The notes under the pieces: model-generated | What the model was told of the DNA's origin: nothing | The model's input: only the letters and a program-made list of their open reading frames with translations | Database searches by the model: none | Translations under genes and position numbers: made by a program | Shown here: positions 26,669 to 32,000 of the stretch, piece by piece | Position numbering within the stretch: the first letter of the stretch is position 1 | How the letters are laid out: each line of letters begins with the position of its first letter | Source of the DNA: Candidatus Saganbacteria bacterium | GTDB lineage: Bacteria > Margulisbacteria > WOR-1 > JAKLHX01 | DNA: 32,000 nucleotides | Direction: 5' to 3' | Assembly: GCA_026387835.1 (NCBI GenBank) | Contig: JAPLKZ010000007.1 | Coordinates: 213,434-245,433 of the forward strand

Positions 26669-26703
26669 CTTTTTATCTATCTTAAGGGGTGCCCCGTTTT
26701 GCA
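26669..26703 (-). promoter_or_regulatory. weaker variant of the conserved promoter upstream of the 107-aa gene
   Basis: Minus strand: TGCAAAACGGGGCACCCCTTAAGATAGATAAAAAG. The -10 reads AGATAG instead of CGATAG, and the spacer is 2 nt shorter. It overlaps a GGGGTG...CACCCC inverted repeat. Confidence 0.35.
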
Positions 26704-26742
26704 AGACACCCCTATATCCTTGTTCTCTCAAGCTATACCCGA

Positions 26743-27042
26743 TTAACCTTTTGCATCCCTCAGAGCGTTCTTCTGCATCGTCTGTTTTTCTTTTTCGGCT
26801 ATTGCATCCGCTGAGCTTTTTACTTCTGTTCTGGCTGCCGCTGTTCCTATCACGAACAATTGCGCTGCTCCCACTTCCGTTCCTTTGCCTAATGTGATGT
26901 GCAGATTATTGCCGTTGTTGTCATACAAGTTCGGAAGCATTACGTCTGTCGGTGCATTGGCTACCATCGCACATGCTACATCTTCTATCCCTTTGTCATT
27001 TGCGATCAGATCTGCTACGACTCCTGCTATTGAGTTTGTCAT
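26743..27042 (-). CDS. hypothetical small protein (99 aa)
   Basis: ATG preceded by GAGAGGGGGTG, and it has its own copy of the conserved promoter. No motif recognised. Confidence 0.65.
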   Translation of the reverse strand: MTNSIAGVVADLIANDKGIEDVACAMVANAPTDVMLPNLYDNNGNNLHITLGKGTEVGAAQLFVIGTAAARTEVKSSADAIAEKEKQTMQKNALRDAKG

Positions 27043-27084
27043 CTTTTTTCACCCCCTCTCGTTTATTACTTCGTCATCGCCTTT

Positions 27085-27121
27085 CTATTTACTTATCGGT
27101 AACCGCCTGGGAATTCTTGCA
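27085..27121 (-). promoter_or_regulatory. sigma-28-like conserved promoter, copy upstream of the 99-aa gene
   Basis: Minus strand: TGCAAGAATTCCCAGGCGGTTACCGATAAGTAAATAG. The -10 reads CCGATAA. Confidence 0.55.
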
Positions 27122-27144
27122 TGGAATATTGCGTTAAATATAGC

Positions 27145-28902
27145 TTATGGCTGAGCATATTTCAGCATGGCCTTTGCTATCGCATCCAGCTTCTGCGGTA
27201 TGAGCGTCAGAGCCTGGATCGTGGTCTCTATGATGTTGCTTGACTGCCCTACCTGGAACAGCTCGCTAGCGTCAAGTCCGTCCGAAGCGTCAATATAAAC
27301 GCCCAGACCCGGAAGATAGACACTGGCCGATTTGCCGGCCAGGCCCCTTGCCACATCGTTATTCTGCGTATCGAGGGCCAGTACCCTCTGGTATATGCCG
27401 TAGATCATATTTTGGCCCTGAGAAATTAAGCTCCCGCTTGTAGTAGTAGGTAAAGGATTCAAACCGTAAGGATTGGCCGCCACCAGTTCAGCAAGCGTCA
27501 TTACGCCGTCATTGGTAAGGGGCGTTGCCAAAACATTAACTCCATCTCTCATCCAGTTCCATCCGAGAAGATTCTGAGAGTTAACGATTCCGGGTGCAGG
27601 ACTAGTTCCAATAACCGAGCTCCATTCCGTGGCAAAATCGATCACTCCGTCGCTATTCGTATCCGTAAGCGCGAACATGAATTTGTTGATATCAATTGTA
27701 TTATCACCGCTGTTAAGATATGAATAAAGGCGGCTTAATGTTCCGGTAAGATTTGTAATCGGAAGGTTTGATCCTACCCAGTCGCTCATACTTATTTTCC
27801 CGTCGCCATCCACGTCAATCGCTCCAAAATCCGCGGAAGTAAATATGCCCTGGTTCCAATTGGCTCTGTTAGTGTTGTTTATGTTAACATGTATATTCCA
27901 ACGACTTAAAGTTATATCCGCATCGGTACCTCTTATATCGTCGAACATTTGATCTGATTCTGCGCGTGTCTTATTTATTCCGAGCGTGCTGACAAAGTCA
28001 TACAATTCATCTTTGGAGATCTTCATGTCTCCATTGGCATCTAACATCGTAAAATCAGCACTTGATACCTGATCGCTATTCCAGGTATTTTTATAGAAAG
28101 TGTTTATTGTGTTAGTAAAGGCCAGATTTTGAGCTATGGTCGGGCTTGCTGCTAATGGAATTATTTTTGCTGTTCCAAGTGCCAGATTTGCATTCGAGTT
28201 TGTAAATCTGGTTATATTAGCTGCCGTGATCCCTAAACTGGTCAATGTGGAATTTTTTATGCCTCCGTTCCCGTTTGCGTCCAAGGACGATCTGAATATC
28301 CTTACTATATCGGCTAAGCCATAATTTCCGCTGTTAAATCTTGCTGCGTCAGCCACAAAGGCATTCAACCCTTGCGCGTTAATTACATATCCACCTGCTT
28401 CGCTTCTTGCTGCAAGATAATTGAATAATGTCGTATTAGCATGTAAAGGGTTAGTTGTAGCGGCCCATTCGCTTGCGTTAATTACCCCGTCATGGTTCGT
28501 GTCTATCGTAGTAAAGTCCATGTTGGTAAATAAACCTGCGACAGTCAATTTAGGAAGTTGATAAGAAGTCCATTCGTCTCTGGTTATCTTAAGATCATCG
28601 GAGGTTATATTTGTCCCTGTATGTTTTAGGGGATTGGCTACAGTATTGAATGATGTGGCAATATTTGAATTTGTCGTACCAACCCTGTAATCACTCGGAT
28701 CAATGTTGTTGCTGCTAAGATACGCTTTGAATCCGTTCTCGGTTACTATTCCGTCTTGAAATCCGTCGGCACTGTCCATGGCATCAAAATCCGCGGCTGA
28801 CATGAATTGATCTGCAGTCGCAGTAGTAAAATCAGAACAATCTACAGTTGTTCCTGTATCACTGCCGTCTGTTATTGTTACCGGATTTTGAATCGCTGCC
28901 AT
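27145..28902 (-). CDS. EF-hand-loop (calcium-binding-type) repeat protein, 585 aa, no signal peptide
   Basis: Three canonical 12-residue EF loops: DTNHDGVINASE (nt 28468-28503), DANGDMKISKDE and DVDGDGKISMSD. There are also degenerate copies (DSADGFQDGIVTE, DANGNGGIKNST, DTNSDGVIDFATE). Each is preceded by an (A)DF-x-x-(I/L/M) motif. Confidence 0.8.
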   Translation of the reverse strand: MAAIQNPVTITDGSDTGTTVDCSDFTTATADQFMSAADFDAMDSADGFQDGIVTENGFKAYLSSNNIDPSDYRVGTTNSNIATSFNTVANPLKHTGTNITSDDLKITRDEWTSYQLPKLTVAGLFTNMDFTTIDTNHDGVINASEWAATTNPLHANTTLFNYLAARSEAGGYVINAQGLNAFVADAARFNSGNYGLADIVRIFRSSLDANGNGGIKNSTLTSLGITAANITRFTNSNANLALGTAKIIPLAASPTIAQNLAFTNTINTFYKNTWNSDQVSSADFTMLDANGDMKISKDELYDFVSTLGINKTRAESDQMFDDIRGTDADITLSRWNIHVNINNTNRANWNQGIFTSADFGAIDVDGDGKISMSDWVGSNLPITNLTGTLSRLYSYLNSGDNTIDINKFMFALTDTNSDGVIDFATEWSSVIGTSPAPGIVNSQNLLGWNWMRDGVNVLATPLTNDGVMTLAELVAANPYGLNPLPTTTSGSLISQGQNMIYGIYQRVLALDTQNNDVARGLAGKSASVYLPGLGVYIDASDGLDASELFQVGQSSNIIETTIQALTLIPQKLDAIAKAMLKYAQP

Positions 28903-28932
28903 TATTTTCTCCGATCAGCCGTTCTTTATTCT

Positions 28933-28969
28933 CTATTTATCTATCGGAACGGTTTTCATGTAACTTGCA
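28933..28969 (-). promoter_or_regulatory. sigma-28-like conserved promoter, copy upstream of the 585-aa gene
   Basis: Minus strand: TGCAAGTTACATGAAAACCGTTCCGATAGATAAATAG. The motif ends 30 nt before the ATG at 28902. Confidence 0.6.
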
Positions 28970-28979
28970 TAGATATTGA

Positions 28980-29258
28980 TCATCTTTCAAGAAACCCGTT
29001 TTTCCTTTCCGCCGATTCAACCCTGCCTATGAGATCAAATACGGTATCAGTCTTGCTATACGAACCTTTTTCCTGCTTATGTCTTTTTATATCACTCTTG
29101 TCCTTGCCTGCGTTCTTTGACACGGGAGCCAGGAACCCGAACCCGGCGTTCTTGACCGCTTCCAGAAAAGCGCCCGAGTTGGCTGCCGGCCGGCTCGTAC
29201 TGTGGTTTTTCCCCGCATCGACGGAATTGGATGAAAAATATGGGTTGATGATGTTCAT
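28980..29258 (-). CDS. hypothetical small protein (92 aa), basic
   Basis: Third gene of a tricistronic unit, 9 nt after the upstream stop codon. No motif recognised. Confidence 0.55.
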   Translation of the reverse strand: MNIINPYFSSNSVDAGKNHSTSRPAANSGAFLEAVKNAGFGFLAPVSKNAGKDKSDIKRHKQEKGSYSKTDTVFDLIGRVESAERKNGFLER

Positions 29259-29267
29259 GGTCTTATC

Positions 29268-29474
29268 CTATACGACAACATTCAATGTCATGTTCTTATT
29301 GAAAAGCATGTTCACATCTTCAGAATTCACGGCTGGATTTGTTTTTTCAGCACCCGCCACGTTGGTCCCCGCATTATTACCTTTCAGGAATTCCTGCGCG
29401 GTCTGCTCGTATGCGTCCCGCAGCTGGGTCGCGAGGCCTTTTGAACCTTGATTTACCGGTTGTCCTTGCGTCAT
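29268..29474 (-). CDS. hypothetical small protein (68 aa)
   Basis: The ATG directly abuts the upstream TAG (AAATAG-ATG), with GGGGAG inside the upstream gene serving as the SD sequence. No motif recognised. Confidence 0.55.
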   Translation of the reverse strand: MTQGQPVNQGSKGLATQLRDAYEQTAQEFLKGNNAGTNVAGAEKTNPAVNSEDVNMLFNKNMTLNVVV

Positions 29475-29657
29475 CTATTTATTACTCCCCTGTTTTAAAG
29501 CGTCTTTTATGACATCCAATTCGGGGGTTGACACTTGAATATTGCTCATGACCGGAAGCGAAACGTTCGTGTTTGGCGAGACGAAAGACATCTTCAACTC
29601 GTTCAATATCGAATTGACCTGAGCGTTAACTGTATCTATGTCTACTCTTGCCGCCAT
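29475..29657 (-). CDS. hypothetical small protein (60 aa)
   Basis: ATG preceded by GAGGAAACAATA, with the conserved promoter ending 11 nt upstream. No motif recognised with confidence. Confidence 0.55.
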   Translation of the reverse strand: MAARVDIDTVNAQVNSILNELKMSFVSPNTNVSLPVMSNIQVSTPELDVIKDALKQGSNK

Positions 29658-29668
29658 TATTGTTTCCT

Positions 29669-29705
29669 CAATATATTGTTCGTTCTATATGACGTAAAAC
29701 TTGCA
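29669..29705 (-). promoter_or_regulatory. sigma-28-like conserved promoter, copy upstream of the 60/68/92-aa tricistron
   Basis: Minus strand: TGCAAGTTTTACGTCATATAGAACGAACAATATATTG. The -35 is a good match, while the -10 is more divergent (CGAACA). Confidence 0.5.
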
Positions 29706-29711
29706 GTGTTT

Positions 29712-29843
29712 TCAATTGCCGCTCACCGCCGGCTCTTCCTTTTTCGCCTCGGACTGCTTCTCCGCTTCCGAGATGACCTCCATGATCGCCTCGATGACCT
29801 TCTCGTCGCACCATTCCGGGAACTCCAATTTACAATTATCCAT
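29712..29843 (-). CDS. possible unannotated 43-aa acidic small ORF (MDNCKLEFPEWCDEKVIEAIMEVISEAEKQSEAKKEEPAVSGN), potentially leaderless
   Basis: Found by hand translation, because it is below the 60-aa cut-off of the ORF track. Its ATG lies 2 nt after the 3' end of a conserved promoter copy, and there is no SD sequence. The peptide looks helical and protein-like. There is no other support. Confidence 0.3.
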   Translation of the reverse strand: MDNCKLEFPEWCDEKVIEAIMEVISEAEKQSEAKKEEPAVSGN

Positions 29844-29845
29844 AT

Positions 29846-29882
29846 CAAGTAATTTATCGGAACATCACGGTATTAACTTGCA
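29846..29882 (-). promoter_or_regulatory. sigma-28-like conserved promoter, most upstream copy (drives the small ORF or a short RNA)
   Basis: Minus strand: TGCAAGTTAATACCGTGATGTTCCGATAAATTACTTG. The -10 reads TCCGATAA. It lies 177 nt upstream of the copy at 29669-29705. Confidence 0.55.
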
Positions 29883-29912
29883 TGGATCAAGGAAAAAGTG
29901 GCGCAGTTGCGG

Positions 29913-30941
29913 TTAGATCACGCGGTCCGGCAAAAACGAACTTGACGCGGGGATCTTTGAACCCGCTCTTATACGGCAGCGGCTGGCTATGATACTGTCC
30001 TTTCCGATGACGGTACCGTTCTCGATATAACACCAGCTGCCTATTACGCTTTCGTCTATCTCGACCCCGCGGTCCACAACGGTTTCAGGCCATATTATGG
30101 TGTCCTTTATCAAGGAATTTCCGCGGATAATACAGTTATCACCTATTATGACATTACCTTCAAAACGGGCACTCGGATCTATTTTGCAGTTGCGTCCGGC
30201 CAGGACGCGGTCACTGCCGTGCCGTTTCTTTTTTTTCAGCATGTCAAAATTTGCTGTCTTGTAATTATGGATATTGCCGATATCCTTCCAGTAGCCGGCC
30301 TGTTCCATGCCGTAAAAAGGCATATTATTTGCCGCCAATTCCGGAAAAAGCTGCTTTCCAAAATCAAATGAGTTGTCGTTCGGTATCATTTTAAGTATCT
30401 CACGGTTAAAAATATAAACTCCGGTATTTGCAAAATTGCTCAGAGCTTCCTCTCTTTTCGGTTTTTCCTGGAACGCTGTTATTTTACAGTCCGCGTCGCG
30501 TATCACGACCCCGAACTCAGACGTGTCTTCAACCCTGGTCAAAGCGATCGTCGCAAGGGCTTTTTTTCTTCTGTGGAATGAAATAAGCTTCTTAAGATCG
30601 ATATCCATCAAAACATCGCTGCTCAGGACGATAAACTCCCTGTCGGAAAGATGTGCCGACACGGCCATTTTTTTTATGCCGCCGGCCGTTCCAAGAAGCG
30701 TTTCTTCGAACGAGTAATTTATATGCACCCCGAACCCCGAACCGTCCTTGAAATAGTGCTGTATCTGTTCGGGAAAATAATGGAGATTGGCGGTTAGATC
30801 TTTTATGCCGTGTTTTTTCAGCAGTTTGATATTGTATTCCATTACAGGGACATTGCATATGGGGACAAGAGGTTTAGGTATCGCAAGTGTAAGAGGCTCA
30901 AGGCGTGTCCCGACGCCAGCGGCCATAATGAATGCTTTCAT
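29913..30941 (-). CDS. sugar-1-phosphate nucleotidyltransferase (NDP-sugar pyrophosphorylase, mannose-1-P guanylyltransferase-like) with a C-terminal left-handed beta-helix
   Basis: N-terminal signature MAAGVGTRLEPLTLAIPKPLVPI, LLGTAGGIKK, and C-terminal hexapeptide-repeat-like IIGDNCIIRGNSLIKDTIIW. It overlaps rpiB by 4 nt (ATGA). Confidence 0.85.
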   Translation of the reverse strand: MKAFIMAAGVGTRLEPLTLAIPKPLVPICNVPVMEYNIKLLKKHGIKDLTANLHYFPEQIQHYFKDGSGFGVHINYSFEETLLGTAGGIKKMAVSAHLSDREFIVLSSDVLMDIDLKKLISFHRRKKALATIALTRVEDTSEFGVVIRDADCKITAFQEKPKREEALSNFANTGVYIFNREILKMIPNDNSFDFGKQLFPELAANNMPFYGMEQAGYWKDIGNIHNYKTANFDMLKKKKRHGSDRVLAGRNCKIDPSARFEGNVIIGDNCIIRGNSLIKDTIIWPETVVDRGVEIDESVIGSWCYIENGTVIGKDSIIASRCRIRAGSKIPASSSFLPDRVI

Positions 30942-31363
30942 CCGAGTAGTCTGACCCTTCTTAAATGGCGGCCGCCTTCAAAACCTGTCTTCAGCCATAT
31001 ATCAACGATCTTCAGGGCTTTTTTGGCTGAAAGCAGCCTCGCTCCGAGGCACAGCACGTTCGAGTCATTGTGTTTTCTTGACATCTTCGCGGTATGGAAG
31101 CTTTCGCACGCGGCAGCCCTTATCTTTTTGACTTTATTGGCTGCCATGCTCATCCCTATCCCGCTGCCGCAGACAAGGATGCCCCTGTCGGCTTTTTTTG
31201 AAGAGACGGACAACGCGGCTTTTTTTGCATAGACGGGGTAATCTACCGGTCCTAAAGAAAATGTTCCGTAGTCCCTGACGCGAATTTTCTTTTTCAGGAG
31301 GAAGGTCTTTATCTTTTCCTTGAGATCGAACCCCGCGTGATCCGATGCAATGGCGATCTTCAT
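30938..31363 (-). CDS. rpiB: ribose-5-phosphate isomerase B (RpiB/LacAB family)
   Basis: Contains MKIAIASDHAGFDLKE, GILVCGSGIGMSMAANK, HNDSNVLCLGARLL and FEGGRHLRRV, all characteristic of RpiB. Confidence 0.9.
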   Translation of the reverse strand: MKIAIASDHAGFDLKEKIKTFLLKKKIRVRDYGTFSLGPVDYPVYAKKAALSVSSKKADRGILVCGSGIGMSMAANKVKKIRAAACESFHTAKMSRKHNDSNVLCLGARLLSAKKALKIVDIWLKTGFEGGRHLRRVRLLG

Positions 31364-31366
31364 GGC

Positions 31367-32000
31367 TTACAGGATCTCTAAATACCTGTCGATCTCCCAA
31401 GGGGTCACTTTGATCCGGTAATCGTCCCATTCGGCGTTCTTCGCGTCAAGGAACCTTTTGAAAGTATGATCTCCGAGCGCGTCCTTAATGATCTGGCTTT
31501 TTTCCATTTCATCCAAGGCTTCCTTTAATGATCCGGGCAGCGTTTTTATGTTCCTTTTCTTAAGTTTTTCCTCGTCAAATTCGTATACATCCTCTTCCGT
31601 CGGAGCAGGAATGACCATTTTTTTCTTGATGCCATCCATTCCGGCCTTGAGCATCACTGCGAACGCGAGATACGGATTGCAGCTCGGGTCAGGGCACCGG
31701 AGCTCGGCGCGGGTCGCCAGCTCCCTTCCAGGAGAGAACCTCGGTATCCTTATAAGCGCGGACCTGTTGATCTGAGCCCAGCAGATATAGACAGGAGCTT
31801 CATAGCCCGGCACAAGCCTTTTATATGAATTGACCGTAGGCGCCAGCACAGCGCTCATCGCCCTCGCGTGATGCAGCTGTCCGGCTATGTAATGGTACGC
31901 GAGTTTTGAAAGTTTATATTTGTCTTTCGCGTCATAGAAAAGATTATTGCCTTTTTTATCGAACAGGCTCTGGTGAGTGTGCATTCCCGATCCGTTCACG
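31367..32000 (-). CDS. glnA: glutamine synthetase type I, C-terminal part (N-terminus beyond the window edge)
   Basis: Catalytic-domain motifs of the GS family: GSGMHTHQSLF, NSYKRLVPGYEAP, ICWAQINRSALIRIP and ELRCPDPSCNPYLAFA. The ORF stays open to nt 32000. Confidence 0.9.
   Translation of the reverse strand, partial: VNGSGMHTHQSLFDKKGNNLFYDAKDKYKLSKLAYHYIAGQLHHARAMSAVLAPTVNSYKRLVPGYEAPVYICWAQINRSALIRIPRFSPGRELATRAELRCPDPSCNPYLAFAVMLKAGMDGIKKKMVIPAPTEEDVYEFDEEKLKKRNIKTLPGSLKEALDEMEKSQIIKDALGDHTFKRFLDAKNAEWDDYRIKVTPWEIDRYLEIL

Noticed and set aside
26684-26710. GGGGTG-N15-CACCCC inverted repeat as an intrinsic terminator after the 99-aa gene
   Set aside because: It has only a 6-bp stem with a 15-nt loop and no downstream T-run. 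It also overlaps the weak promoter variant, so its role is ambiguous and I did not list it as a terminator.
27145-28902. 585-aa protein as a flagellin or hook-associated protein, or as a dockerin-bearing cellulosomal protein
   Set aside because: It has no flagellin-type conserved N- or C-terminal helices (no LSSGLRINSAKDDAAG-like or C-terminal QANQ...LSLL-like motifs). The EF loops are single and widely spaced, not the paired 22-residue dockerin duplication.
29475-29657. 60-aa protein as a FlgM-type anti-sigma-28 factor
   Set aside because: Its C-terminus (PELDVIKDALKQGSNK) faintly recalls the FlgM KVxxIKxAIxxGxY motif. However, the protein is too short, ends where the sigma-binding helices would continue, and the match covers only a few residues.
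15721-29882. Interpreting the conserved motif as an ordinary sigma-70 promoter (ATGCAA as the -35)
   Set aside because: With a 17-nt spacer, the -10 position would read ACGATA, TCCGAT or similar, a poor match to TATAAT. The invariant CGATA core and its spacing fit group-3 sigma promoters better. This is not fully excluded without mapped transcription start sites.
15745-29885. Reading the recurrent plus-strand AACTTGCA as the TTGCA (-12) half of sigma-54 promoters
   Set aside because: It would point away from every gene in the block. The best case (GGTATTAACTTGCA) has GG-N9-GC rather than the GG-N10-GC spacing, and most copies have no upstream GG at all. Read on the minus strand, the same bases form the -35 half of a consistently spaced bipartite motif.
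29535-29916. Plus-strand ORFs 29535..29852 (105 aa) and 29701..29916 (71 aa)
   Set aside because: They run antisense through the 60-aa gene and the two promoter copies. Their composition is implausible (Ser/His/Leu/Arg-rich) and they have no RBS. The minus-strand small ORF and promoters explain the region better.
1-32000. Mobile element, prophage, CRISPR, tRNA or rRNA content
   Set aside because: No integrase, transposase, terminal inverted repeats, spacer-repeat arrays or phage hallmark proteins were recognisable. All non-coding gaps are 255 nt or shorter and are occupied by promoter motifs, and none shows tRNA-like structure.

Overview
The window splits into three parts.

(1) nt 1-6298 holds a type II FAS/PKS-like specialised lipid operon on the minus strand. 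It encodes an SDR ketoreductase, an ACP, a hotdog dehydratase, a ketosynthase, a Cys/His-less KS-like chain-length-factor partner and a GT2-TPR glycosyltransferase. A degenerate PlsC-like acyltransferase is transcribed divergently from it. The gene content resembles aryl-polyene-type clusters.

(2) nt 6376-29882 is a 23.5 kb block in which every gene lies on the minus strand. It has about 18 ORFs in which I recognise no catalytic family. They include a 3107-aa giant protein, a 1021-aa aromatic-rich protein, a 585-aa EF-hand-loop protein, several 250-550-aa coiled-coil-rich proteins and many 60-107-aa proteins. None has a Sec or lipoprotein signal peptide. The strongest signal is a 35-37 nt bipartite motif, yATGCAAGTTt-N12-nnCGATAGATAwATAG. 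It occurs nine times, always in an intergenic gap, always oriented with the genes, and always just upstream of a Shine-Dalgarno site and start codon. Its layout matches sigma-28 (FliA/SigD/WhiG group-3 sigma) promoters. I read the block as a single alternative-sigma regulon of non-Sec, probably exported or structural proteins, and as the candidate undescribed system. Its function is inferred, not demonstrated.

(3) nt 29913-32000 holds housekeeping genes: an NDP-sugar pyrophosphorylase, rpiB, and glnA truncated by the window edge.

I saw no rRNA, tRNA, CRISPR array, transposase or integrase. All family calls come from motif recognition by eye, with no database search, and I cannot assign a taxon.
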